The notes beneath the pieces were generated by a model. It had not been told where the DNA came from and searched no databases. It saw nothing but the letters and a program-made list of their open reading frames with translations. From Octopus vulgaris (Eukaryota): a DNA stretch of 64,000 bases. This document shows positions 26,796 to 40,135 of the stretch, one piece after another. Each line of letters opens with the position of its first letter. Within the stretch, counting starts at the first letter, position 1. The position numbers and the translations under genes are program-made. Location of the stretch: positions 19,530,001 to 19,594,000 of the forward strand of contig OX597840.1 of assembly GCA_951406725.2 (NCBI GenBank), given 5' to 3'.

Positions 26796-26944
26796 GAAAA
26801 ATGGGTAATGACGTATATACTATATTTCGGGAGTTTTTGCCCTTTCATCAGTATCCATCTGATCCATTAATCATTCACGAACACATTGTTTAAACGGCCA
26901 CTAAACACAGCGATGTAACGTTATAGGATATACCAGTTCCTGGA

Positions 26945-28281
26945 AGCTGAAAAGATGATTGTCAGATGGAAGCAAGATCAGGAAAGTAAGACGAATAAGA
27001 CAAAACTTCAATATTTAGGGCCATAAACTTTTCCCGGGTGATTTAGGCTATATGTGAGCTTGCATTGCCGAGTAAGAGAAATAGCCCTATGATGGCCGCT
27101 TTTCTGCAAATATTTGTGCAAAGCTTCCAATTAACAATACTGATTATCTGAATTAACTGCTTCAATTTGGTTTAACGCTTCCTGATAGACAGCACCCTTC
27201 ATATTCTACAAAACATAAACTGTTTTCAGGTGTAGCCCTGCTTTGGGGATAGATTCTCCCTTTTAATTGTGCGCAGCCCTTGTTGTTTACGATGGATATG
27301 AAGATAGAGAACCTGCTTTTTCTCACTTGTGATGATTCTGCCCGAGAGAGGTTCGGGAGCAAGTTCACTCTTCAAAGAGGAGCAGAGGAAATCCCTTGAG
27401 GGGCAGAGGCAACCTACTGAGGAACCGTCAGGTGATGAGAGACCCACTGACCAAATTAAAACACTTGTCCTGGTTCATAAAGGTGTTATGTGATCGAAGT
27501 ACGACTTTGATCAGTTTGTTTTGAGATTTTCCTCGTCTACGGGTTTCAGAAGCTAAATTTCCCGTGTGAAACTGGCCAAACTATCTTTGGCATATCCGGG
27601 CACTTAAAGCTTCATTTCTGCACACAGAACGCATATTTCTTGCCATATCTATTGCTGAAGCGCCCATTTTTAATTCATATGATACGCAGTACCTGATCTA
27701 AACTGATTTTAAAAGGGTACCTCTGAAAAACCTAAACCTTGCGTATAATACGCAGGGGATTTTTAGGGGGCTGTCCCTCTGAAAAACCTAAACATTGTGT
27801 ATAATACGCAGAGGATTTTTAGCGGGCTGTACCTCTGAAAAACCTAAACCTTGTGTATAATACGCACCCCTTCTCTAACTTGAGTCAAGGAGTTCTATAT
27901 AACATCCTTGGTTTGTAAAACTGTATACGGTAACGTCCTTTATTATTATTGCATATATAACATAATGCAAACGTGTAGCTTTTTTGTGCATTTTGTTTGC
28001 AGAAAATAAAGAAATAACAGTAATAACGTTTAATAAATGTTGCTTACTGCAAGTTATGGATGACTCTTTTATGACTTCATTGCTTTAAGGCTTAGCTTAA
28101 GGTATTTTCGCGCCCGACATCACAAAATACGTCTGAATAAACATTGCCAGACAGCAAATAGAGACTCGGACATTGCTTAGAAAATATTTTTCATTTTTAA
28201 CCTCGTGTATAGTACGCATTAGGGATTTTGACCTTTAAATTTGGGGGAAAAAATGCGGATTATACTCGAGGATTTACAGTA
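26945..28281 (+). mobile_element. pogo/Tc2-like DNA transposon remnant with 56-bp subterminal tandem repeats
   Basis: Right end tgcggattatactcgaggatttacag-TA resembles TA-C(C/T)GTA..CG.GTATAA TIRs; 56-bp unit about 2.6 times at 27717-27866 carries the TIR-like gtataatacgca motif; left boundary uncertain. Confidence 0.55.
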
Positions 28282-28543
28282 TGTGGTACACGTTCCCATT
28301 TTTGCTTCAACCCCCGAGAATCTAAAAGCAAGCACGGATATTTAGGGCGAATTCATGGAAATGCTTTGGGCAGGCAATGAGTTAAGGGCTATTTGCTATT
28401 TAGCGAGATTAGGGCATGATTTAGCGAAGATTTTGGCTGCTATTTCCAGCATTTCAGCGACCACAGACAGCTTGTTAAGCGTTTAGTGGTTGATGGTAGT
28501 GATGATGATGATAATGAGCAGCAGCAGCAGTAGCAGCAGCAAC

Positions 28544-28599
<56 letters not shown>

Positions 28600-28881
28600 C
28601 AGTTTAGCCCCGGGTCAGTCCTGATCAAGCAGACGTGTGGTTCAAAAGCTTTCCCACCTGTGACCTTCCCGCCTTTTAAGGAAATCCTCGATTACATTAT
28701 TACAAAGTGTCTTTTCTGGCCGATGGGGCGAGGGTGGGAGTGGTGTGGTGGGGTGGGAGGTCGGAACGGGACGTAATTCGATCGAGATTTAGCTGCTACT
28801 TCTAGCGGTTCCATAGAGGCTCTCTCATTGACCTGCGATACTAAAAGTAGTAGTAGTAGCAGTAGCAGTAGTAGTAGTAGC

Positions 28882-28929
<48 letters not shown>

Positions 28930-29076
28930 GGTGGTAGTGGTGGTGGTTGTAGTAGTTGTTGTAGTAGTAGTAGTAGTAGTAAACTCTTATCTCCCTCTCT
29001 CTCTCCCTGTCCTATAATTTTCTCTCCCTTTCTCGCCATTGACCTACTCGTCCGCACACTTTTCCCCTTATACACA

Positions 29077-29169
<93 letters not shown>

Positions 29170-29256
29170 ACACACATACACACACACATACACACACACA
29201 CACATACATACACACATGCACACATACACACACACACACATACACACACATACACA

Positions 29257-29329
<73 letters not shown>

Positions 29330-29362
29330 ACACACATACACACACACACACATACACACACA

Positions 29363-29394
<32 letters not shown>

Positions 29395-30546
29395 TACATA
29401 CACACACATACACACACATACACATACACACACATACACATACACACACACATACACACATACACGCACACATACACACACACACACACACACATACATA
29501 CACACACACACTTATCTCTCGACCTCTCTTCTCACCCCCTCTCTCTCTCTCTCTCGCCACTGACCTCCTCAAGCACACACTTCTCCTCTTACACACACAC
29601 ACACACCTCGCCACACACACACACACACACACACGTGTACACGCCCACGCGTACACACGCACACACACTTAACTCCGAACTTCTCCAAGCACCACCACCA
29701 CCCGCGCCGCCTCCATCCATCCAACCATCCAGCCACACACTCACGCATACACCTCTCCCGCCAACCTCCTCCCAATCAACTCCCAATTACCAGCACCACC
29801 ACTACCATAATCAGCGCTACCACCATGACCACCACCACCACTACCACCGGCATTGTCGCCGGTAGAACTGTAATCGCCATTAACAAGTGCTTCAAGATCT
29901 CCAGTAATCACTACCACCACCACCACCACCACCACCACCACTACTACTACTACTCATTATCATCTTCATCATCATCGTCGTCGTCGTCGTCGTCGTCACC
30001 GCCACCACCACCATCACCATAACCACCACTGCTGCTACTACTACTACTACTCATCATCGTCGTCGTTGTCATCACCGCCACCACCACAACATCATTATTA
30101 CCATCACAACCACCGCCACCATCACCACTACCACCACTACCACCACTACCACTGCCACCGCCACCGCCACAACCATCATCATCATTACCACCACCACCAC
30201 CACTACATCCAACACTGTGATAACCACCTTCACAAGCACAACCAGCCCAGCTACACTAACATCTCCACTACAGCCCCAACTATAACCACAAACACGAACC
30301 CCTCCCACCCCCCGCATTTCCAATACAATCCCCACCACTACCACCACAACCCCACCACCACCACCACCACCACCACCACCACTACCACCACCGCTGTTAT
30401 CTCCACCTCCAACAATGACCACCACTAAAACTACTACCGCAACAAACACCACTGAAGAAAACACTACCCCTCTACAACAACATTAATCGCCACCACTACC
30501 ACCACTACTTCTACTTCAACAACCACAACAACAAAAACTACTACAG

Positions 30547-30579
<33 letters not shown>

Positions 30580-30872
30580 GAAACGCTACCACTTTTCGCA
30601 CGATCCGAAACATTGGTATATATATCTACTACAACCACTACCACTACCACCGCCACAACCTGTACTACAACATCTACAGCAACCCCCTACCACAAACACA
30701 ACTACCGCCACATCGCTTCCAGCTGCCTACTACCCTCTCGCTAAGTTATTCTGTGCGGAAATTAAAATCACACATAAAATTATACACCCACCCATTTTAT
30801 ACACACGTAGAAATGTGTCCTATATATATATATATATGTATATATACATGCATATATGTGTGTGTGCGCAAA

Positions 30873-30956
<84 letters not shown>

Positions 30957-31094
30957 TGTATATGCACGCATCGTGTGTATATACACGCGCACGCATGCGT
31001 GTATATATTGAAGTGTGACAAGCGCATGGTGGAATGACACCAGCCTCATCGTCGGACGCGAGACCGTGTATCTACGTATGTGTGTATATTCGTG

Positions 31095-31141
<47 letters not shown>

Positions 31142-31242
31142 ACATAAATATACACACATACATACATACATATACACGCGCGCACACATGTGCATATATA
31201 AATAGGCCCCGAAATTTAAACAGATGTATCTACTTTGATATA

Positions 31243-31358
<116 letters not shown>

Positions 31359-31603
31359 TGTATATGTGGTTAATTGCGTGTGTATAGAATAGACACGATG
31401 CGTACAAACAAACACACAGCAAATATCAACAAAAACACCCGAAAAATTGGCCGAGATGAAGGACCCGCCCTCTTAAAGTTTTCGCGAGACACCTCAGAAT
31501 GAAATAGGAAAGGAAGGAAGGCGGGAGGGGCACGGTTTAGATTTTAGGGTCGTGGGAAAAAATATCTCGTTTGCTACTTAAAGGCTGCTCCCCCCCCGCT
31601 CAC

Positions 31604-31647
<44 letters not shown>

Positions 31648-32151
31648 ATCTATGTATCTATCTCTTTGTGTGTGTGTGTCTCTCTGCCTCTTTCTCTCTC
31701 GTGTTTGACAATAACATTGTGGTGGTGGTGGTAAGGGGTGGCGGTGGGAGATAGTGCTGTTAATGGGGGTAGTGGGTTGCGGGTGGGGAGAGGAGGGAGA
31801 TACTGTGATGGTTGTGTTAGCCGGGGGTTGGGTGGGTGGGTGGGTGGGTAGGTGGGGAGGAAAGGGCCCCCGGTTGGGTCGGTGGGTGTCTTTGTAGTCG
31901 GTGAAGGTGGTAGTGGTGGTAGTGGTGGTGGTTGTGTGTAGAGGTATGCGAAGAAGGTGGGCGATATGGAGCCGATGTGGGCGATGATGCTGGTTAGGTT
32001 GTGGTGATTGTGGTGGTGGTGGCGGTGGTGGTGGTGGTGGTGGTGCTGATGATGATGATGATGATGATGATGATGACAATGTTGATGATGGTGGTGGTGG
32101 TGGTGGTGGTAGTGGTGGTAGTAGTGGAAGGGACGTTCAGTGATGATGATA

Positions 32152-32190
<39 letters not shown>

Positions 32191-32357
32191 GTGATGACGG
32201 TGGTGGTGATGATGGTTGCGATTGGGATAGAAGTGAAGGTGGTGTTGTTAATATGGTAGTCTTGGTGGTGGTGGTGGTGGTGGTGGTGGTGGTGGTGGTA
32301 GTTGAGGTAGAAGTAGTGATGGTAGCGGTGGAGGTGGTAGTGGTCATCGTAATGAAT

Positions 32358-32396
<39 letters not shown>

Positions 32397-32695
32397 TGTC
32401 GGAATGGATGGACTGACCCCGAAGGAATATGAAAATGAAATATCTTGTTCAAAGACTCAACGCTCCGCTCAGATGAGAATCGAACGCGTGAACTAACGAT
32501 CAGGTGTTTAACAACCAGGCCAGGTGTTTTTGCACATAAGGACACGCACACAAATAAATATATGTAGGCGTATACTACTATACATATATATGTAAATACC
32601 TATCTCTCTCTCTCTCTCTCTCTCTTAAACACATATATACACACACACACTCATATATACATACATACATACATACATACATACATACATACACA

Positions 32696-32729
<34 letters not shown>

Positions 32730-32735
32730 CATTAC

Positions 32736-32935
32736 GGAGATGTACTTGCATAGCAAGTGACCTGATCCGAGATCGTGTGCTGGAACGCAAACAATTGCAG
32801 CGTGGAAGGTGTTTGTAAGCCATTTAAGAAACTCACAAAAACCGTTAGATTCATTTCAAATATTTAAATTAAATTTGCCAAGATATTTTCGTCGCTTTAA
32901 GACTGCGACCTCTGCACTGACAAAATTCCGTGCAG
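32736..32935 (-). mobile_element. Penelope-like repeat family B, second copy, with decayed hammerhead at 32874-32924
   Basis: Matches 6530-6726; minus strand UUUGUCA GUGCAGA g GUCGC agucuuaaa GCGAC GAAAAUAUCU UGGCAAA. Confidence 0.7.
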
Positions 32936-33469
32936 CACGGAACAAAAAAAGAAACAAAAGAAAAACGGAGAAAAAGAAGAGAGAAAGAAACGAACGTAAG
33001 GACGTGCATAAGATCCTTAAATCCTTAAAAATGTTTTAGCCCGAAGGCCGAGGCCATGCTGGGGCACCACCGCTGAATAAAATTAGTTGCAGACAGAGAT
33101 TGAAACCTCTATCTCTACACAGTATTAGTAAGTAAATTACCAACCCTTTTACCCACTAAGCCACCAAACCACACCTTATATATATTAATATATTCTCTAC
33201 GGAATCTATTCATAAGTGTATGGTCGGTGCAGGGTTACGGTAGAATATACTTGGCGAAGGTGCCACGCAATGGGACAGAACCTGGAAACATGTGGTTACG
33301 AAGCAAGCTTATTACCATGCAACCACTTCGCAAAGTTTGCTTTTTGTGGATGTATATATGTGGTAAATTATAAAACATCAACTTTCGCTGCACACATTTA
33401 GAAATGATTAAATTCTTTGCTGATTGCGCGACAGTTTTAATATTCTTCCTTTGATTTTAGCGATGCTAT

Positions 33470-33705
33470 CCGTAGAAAGAAAGTCAGACATTTATGTTTA
33501 AACTCGATGAAAATGCTTCACAGGCTGTTTCTAATATCAATGTAGCGTTTGAGTTGGGGTTTTGGGCTTCAAATACAAGGACAAGGTGGTTCAATAAGTT
33601 TCAATCTGGAGACCTGTACCTGAATTATAAACCCCGTGGATGGTTTCCATCAGGGCTCAATGCAGAGACATTGAAACAGCCCGAGGGAGTCTAATCCAAG
33701 GAATA
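33470..33705 (+). pseudogene. mariner (Mos1/SETMAR-like) transposase N-terminal HTH remnant
   Basis: FKLDENASQAVSNINVAF..TRWFNKFQSGDLYLNYKPRG.PS.LNAETLK..ESNPR parallels mariner FKLG.NA....RNIN.AFG..RWF.KF.SGD..L.D.PRSGRP. Confidence 0.75.
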
Positions 33706-34024
33706 CTGTTATGCAACCGCAATATACTACAAAGTATACTAAAGGCTTTTAGAAGTCAGTAGTGTGTTCTTCTGTGTTAGCAGTGCTATTACATCGCTTG
33801 TTAAGGTTAGCTCCACGGAGTTTCAATAGAAATTATGGCTGGCATTGATTTCGTTATGACGCTTCGTTATCTGAGACGCCAAATGTAAACAAACAATGAG
33901 ATAGAAAATATACCAACTTCATCTATTAAACACATTCCTGGAAGCTGATACATAAAGACTAATGACTTGTAGAGACGCGGCATTTCCTTACACAGCTATA
34001 ATATTATACTACAAAGTATGTTAA

Positions 34025-34332
34025 CCCCTTACCCGGCAGAAACGAATATATGCGTTTTGACCGAAATCGTTTTTTTCTATCTCTGGCGAGTTAACTCGTC
34101 AAAAGATAGACTCGCCAAAATCGACAGCAAACGAGTTCCTTCGTCTAAAAACGGGTTAACTCGTTTCGGCCCAAAGCGGTAATTTAAAATCAATATTATT
34201 GAATTGAAATTCATAATAAATAAGGTTTGAAATATACCTCGAAATCACCATTCAAAACATAGTAAAGTAAAACAATTAAAAAATATGTCTGAAAAAATAC
34301 ATTTATTTTCAAAATAATTGTTGGGTAAGGGG
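34025..34332. mobile_element. piggyBac-type MITE (308 bp)
   Basis: TTAA at 34021-34024 and 34333-34336 flank TIRs ccccttaccc / gggtaagggg. Confidence 0.85.
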
Positions 34333-34615
34333 TTAAACGTTTTATAAATCAATAGTGTGTTCTTCTGTGTTAGCAGTGCTATTACATCGCTTGTTAAGGT
34401 TAAGCTCTACAGAGTTTCTAAAGAAATTATATCCAGCACTGATTTCGTTACGCCGCATCGTATCCGAAACTTCTGATTTAAGCAACAACAATGAGATCGA
34501 AAACGAAAAATGAAAATGAGAGTATATCCAATTGCCCGTCTTTCATCTTCGATCTTATTGTTGTCTACATCTGACGTCTCAGATACGGAACGACGAGACA
34601 AAATCAGCGCTGGCT

Positions 34616-35110
34616 ATAGCCAGCTGGAGAAGGTGTCCTCATGGGGCCACAAGCTACAGTAGCATCCACCCTCAAGGGTTAGCCACATTTAAGTGGCAAA
34701 TATACTTCACGATGTGTTGCAGCTACTGTTTATTCCTCGCTCAGATATTTATTATTGCTTCTTTACACTTTTTCGATATCAGTGACTTTTCATCAATGGA
34801 AAAAATATATATATTTGCAAGGGGAACCTACTTTTCGTCGGCAATCGGTGATTGTCACACGCCTATGACGGTTCAATACCCAGAAACTCGAGTCCGTATG
34901 TATCATGTCAGATTGAAGATGGAAAAGATGGTTTCCCTTTGCAAATACTGATAAGGCGCAGAAAGTGTGTCAATAGCCAGCTGGAGGAGGTGTCCTCCTG
35001 GAGCTACAAGCTACGCTAGCGTCCACTCTTAAGGTTTAGCCACATTTAAGTGGCAAATATACTTCACGATGTCGTGCAGCTACTGTTCATACCTCGCTCA
35101 GATATTTATT
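34616..35110. repeat. Direct repeat of about 135 bp (34616-34750, 34973-35108)
   Basis: atagccagctggag.aggtgtcctc..ttagccacatttaagtggcaaatatacttcacgatg..cctcgctcagatattt twice. Confidence 0.9.
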
Positions 35111-35111
35111 G

Positions 35112-35189
<78 letters not shown>

Positions 35190-35240
35190 TTTATATATTT
35201 GTTGTGCAAGATTTTTTATGTGAAGTCGTGTGTTGAAACA

Positions 35241-35404
35241 TATATTGTTATATTTCGGAATGGTCATATTGCCAGTTTAGCCAGTAAGATTAAGATTAAT
35301 GTAAAAAATAAATAACACTGAAGCAAAGTAACACCAAATATATAGTGCGTGTGATTTTATTGGCTAAACTGGCAAAATGACCATTCCGAAATATAACAAT
35401 ATAT
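35241..35404. repeat. Inverted repeat, about 44-bp arms, in a (TA)n-flanked island
   Basis: atattgttatatttcggaatggtcatattgccagtttagcca / tggctaaactggcaaaatgaccattccgaaatataacaatat. Confidence 0.9.
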
Positions 35405-35574
35405 ATATATATATACATATTAGAGGGAAAACACTATATCTAATTTACCACTGACTCCTTGACCACTCCCCTAAGTATGTTATTTTTGCGCTATGCCTAC
35501 CCCCAAAAAGTCCCCCACCACCACCCCTTTAAACCTGCCTAAATGTATAAATGCCAAAACTATTCTTGTTAACT

Positions 35575-35625
35575 AGCTTCCTGATGATTTCTCTTGAATG
35601 AAACAGTTCTAGTCCTGTAGAAGCT
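35575..35625 (+). ncRNA. Type I hammerhead ribozyme in a (TA)n-flanked Penelope-like terminal fragment (35420-35708)
   Basis: AGCUUC CUGAUGA u UUC ucuu GAA u GAAA CAG uucuaguc CUG UA GAAGCU: 6-bp stem I, intact core, GUA triplet at 35617-35619; AATAAA follows. Confidence 0.8.
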
Positions 35626-35706
35626 CCTTCTATATAATAAATTAATTTTACTCTGCTATGTATTGAGTACCTTATTTACTGTGGTTAACCCCAAATCAAC
35701 CCGGGA

Positions 35707-35797
<91 letters not shown>

Positions 35798-35806
35798 TAT
35801 AGATAG

Positions 35807-35837
<31 letters not shown>

Positions 35838-35851
35838 GATCGATAGATATA

Positions 35852-36080
35852 TTTCTTTACTACCCACAAGGGGCTAAACATAGAGGGGACAAACACGGAC
35901 AGGCAAAAAGATGAAGTCGATTACATCGACCCCAGTGCGTAAATGGTACTTAATTTATCGACCCGGAAAGGATGAAAGGCAAAGTCGACCTCGGTGGAAT
36001 TTGAACTCGGAACGTAACGGCAGACGAAATACGGCAACGCATTTCGCCCGGCGTGCTAACGATTCTGCCAACTCGCCGAC
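35852..36080 (-). mobile_element. SINE family 2, full monomer
   Basis: tttctttactacccacaaggggctaaac..gattctgccaactcgcc. Confidence 0.9.
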
Positions 36081-36556
36081 CAACAGACAGACACATAGAT
36101 AGATACATACATACATACACGCTTACGTATACACATACATACATACAAACATACATCCATACATCCAGGACTGCAGGCATGCGTTTTTAATGCATTTTCG
36201 TAGATATGCACGCATATATACACACATGAACGTACGTACACAGATGTGTCGATGTGTGTGTGTGTGTGTGCGTGCGTGTGTGTGTACCCTTCTTGTGTGT
36301 TAATGAGTGTGTGTATATACTTGCAGAACAAATGATGTCTCTAAGCGCGCACACGCACACACACACGCACGCATGCACGGACGCACGCACGCACACGTGT
36401 ATTGATGTATGCAGTAGCCATTCTCAAGCGTGTTTATTACATGCACCGCAAAACAGGTTTATGCGATTGGCTTAAATTTCCTAAACTGTGATTGGTCTAA
36501 ATATGTGTGTAGAGAATGGCAGTGTGTTTATGTTTATATATATATATATGCTTATA

Positions 36557-36604
<48 letters not shown>

Positions 36605-36678
36605 TATATATATATATATATGCTTATATTTATATCTTATATATATATATATATATTTATAGTTTATATAAACAAATA

Positions 36679-36715
<37 letters not shown>

Positions 36716-36776
36716 GTTTGTTTATAAATATATACGCATGTGTATATATATATATATTTACATATATGTATGTATG

Positions 36777-36847
<71 letters not shown>

Positions 36848-36955
36848 TTGTGTGTCTGTATATACATATATGTACATATATGTGTGTGTATTTTTCTTAT
36901 TTTACTGATTTCAGCTAGAGGCTGAGGCCAGGTTGGAGCACCGACATACACACAC

Positions 36956-36997
<42 letters not shown>

Positions 36998-37385
36998 TAG
37001 GAGTGACTGTGTGGTAAGTAGTTTGCTTACCAACCACATGGTTCCGGGTTCAGTCCCACTGCGTGGCATCTTGGGCAAGTGTCTTCTATTATAGCCTCGG
37101 GCTGACCAAAGCCTTGTGAGTGGATTTGGTAGACGGAAACTGAAAGAAGCCCGTCGTATATATATGTATGTGTGTGTATGTGTGTGTGTGTCTGTATTTG
37201 TCCCCCCAACATCACTTGACAACCGATGGTGGAGTGTTTACGTCCCCGTAACCGAGCGGTTCGGCAAAAGAGACCGATAGAACAAGTAATAAACTTACAA
37301 AGTCCTGGGGTGGATTTGCTCGATTAAAGGTGGTGCTCCAGCATGGCCACAGTCAAATGACTGAAACAAGTAAAAGAGTAAAAGA

Positions 37386-37386
<1 letters not shown>
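36998..37386 (+). mobile_element. SINE family 1, near full length
   Basis: aggagtgactgtgtggtaag..ggttcagtccc..tgactgaaacaagtaaaagagtaaaagag. Confidence 0.9.
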
Positions 37387-37442
<56 letters not shown>

Positions 37443-37544
37443 TATACACACACATACATACGTACGTATGTATGTACTTATGTATGCTTACATGTACGTG
37501 TCTGTGTCTGTCAATCAACCTATGTGTCTATGTATCTGTCTCAA

Positions 37545-38542
37545 ATACACACACACATACACACATGCACACACACACATACGTCCATACATACATACAT
37601 ACATACATACATACATACATACATGCATGCATGCATACACACACATACACACACATACGTCCTTACATACATGCATACACACACATACATTCATACATAC
37701 ATACATATACACACATACATTCATACATACATACATACATACATACATACATACATACATACACACACATACATACACACACACATACATACATACATAC
37801 ATACACACATACACACACACATACATACATACACACATACACACACACATACATACACACATACATACATACATACACACATACATACATGCATTCATAC
37901 ACACACACATATACATACATACATACATACATACATACACACACACATACATACACACATACATACATACATACACACATACATACATGCATTCATACAC
38001 ACACACATATACATACATACATACATACATACATACATACATACATACATACATACATACATACATACATACACACACATACATACACACACACATACAT
38101 ACATACATACACACACACATACATACATACATACACACATACATACATACACACACACATACATACATACATACATACATACAAACATACACACATACAT
38201 ACATACATACATACATACATACACACATACATACATACATACATACACACATACATACATACATACATACATACATACACACACACATACATACACACAT
38301 ACATACATACATACACACATACATACATACATACATACATACATACACACACACATACATACACACATACATACATACATACACACATACATACATACAT
38401 ACATACATACATACACACATACATACATACACACACACATACATACATACATACATACATACAAACATACACACATACATTCATACATACATACATACAT
38501 ACACACATACATACATACATACACACATACACACATACATAC
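37545..38542. repeat. About 1 kb (TACA/CACA)n tract
   Basis: Direct reading. Confidence 0.97.
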
Positions 38543-38875
38543 CCGCATGTTTCAGTCGAAGTGGGCGGGTGCATGTATGTTATACATCTGTCTGCTTTTG
38601 TTTACAAACAGATTCCTTTTTTTTTTCTTGTCTTTCTTTGAGTCTTGCACAAGGTCAATAGTCTAAGCAAGAATGCGAATACGTAACGTGCCCCACCATC
38701 TACAAAACTCGGGTAGCTCACCCCTCGCACGCGGTCAAATCGTTACCAGCATACATATACAAAACTGCCCCCTATCGAACCCTGAGAAAAAGCAACCAGA
38801 AAAATAAAACTGATTAATCCATGAGATAAAACATTAATTTAAGAGACTGCAGTATCAAATTTCTAATTGCTTTTT

Positions 38876-39252
38876 TTTTTTATTTTATTTTATTTTATTT
38901 TATTTTATTTTATTTTATTTTATTTTATTTTATTTTATTTTATTTTATTTTATTTTATTTTATTTTATTTTATTTTATTTTATTTTATTTTATTTTATTT
39001 TATTTTATTTTATTTTATTTTATTTTATTTTATTTTATTTTATTTTATTTTATTTTATTTTATTTTATTTTATTTTATTTTATTTTATTTTATTTTATTT
39101 TATTTTATTTTATTTTATTTTATTTTATTTATTTTATTTTATTTTATTTTATTTTATTTTATTTTATTTTATTTTATTTTATTTTATTTTATTTTATTTT
39201 ATTTTATTTTATTTTATTTTATTTTATTTATTTTATTTTATTTTATTTTATT
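38876..39252. repeat. (ATTTT)n pentanucleotide array
   Basis: Direct reading. Confidence 0.97.
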
Positions 39253-39270
39253 CCTTCTTTTCTTTCTTTA

Positions 39271-39468
39271 ACTTGTTTCAGTCATGTGACTGCGGCCATA
39301 CTGGAGCACCGCCTTTTTTAGTCGAGCAACTCGACCCCGGGACTTATTCTTTTGTAAGCCCAGTACTTATTCTATCGGTCTCTTTTTTGCCGAAATCGCT
39401 AGGTTACGGGGACGTAAACACACCAGGATCGGTTGTCAAGCAATGCTAGGGGGACAAACACAGACACA

Positions 39469-39480
<12 letters not shown>
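39271..39480 (-). mobile_element. SINE family 1, 3' half
   Basis: acttgtttcagtcatgtgactgcggcca..ggggacaaacacagacac. Confidence 0.9.
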
Positions 39481-39564
<84 letters not shown>

Positions 39565-39762
39565 GTTAATCCAAACAAGAAAGCACAAAAAAACACAACA
39601 ACGCGAGGACGTGGAACAAATATAGTATTATTGGACGCTCAGGAAAGAAGGAGTGTTTAACGTTTCGAGCGGAGCTCTTCGTCGGAAACATAGGAGAAGG
39701 AAAGATCCAGAGAAGGGAAGACAGAGGGAAAAAAATCGCCAACGGTACACACGAGGTCACAT
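39565..39762 (-). mobile_element. Penelope-like family A copy (hammerhead 39655-39689, core mutated to CCGACGA)
   Basis: Matches 9996-10207. Confidence 0.75.
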
Positions 39763-39800
39763 TGCAGCGTGGAAGGTGTTTATAAGCCATTTAAAAAACA

Positions 39801-40135
39801 GGTGACTAAACATGCAAGGCTCAAAAAGCAAAAGCAAGGCCATGTAGGGGGACATGGAGTTATGTACAGGGTGGTGTTCATGTAAAGAGTTCAGGCCACT
39901 TGAGATCAAGGGAGACTTTGAACAAAGCGGTCGTTGGCATCTTCACCATCTCGTCTGGCAGCTTGTTCCACGGATCCGCAACCCGGACGGAGAAAGCCCC
40001 TCTCCTTCGATTGAGATGAAATCGTCGCAGATAGAGCTTTTCGGAATGACCCCGCAGCCGACGCTCTGGAGCAGGAGTGAAGAACAGCTCCTTCGAGAGG
40101 TTACACTTTCCGCTTATGATGTTGTGAGCGAGAAA
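39801..40135 (-). mobile_element. CR1 LINE 3' end (ORF2 C-terminus + 3' UTR)
   Basis: ORF 39878-40165: RLRGHSEKLYLRRFHLNRRRGAFSVRVADPWNKLPDEMVKMPTTALFKVSLD; nearly identical to 1-190. Confidence 0.9.

Noticed and set aside
34940-34976. CTGATAA ggcgca GAAA gtgt GTC
   Set aside because: Core mismatch, no convincing stem I or stem II.
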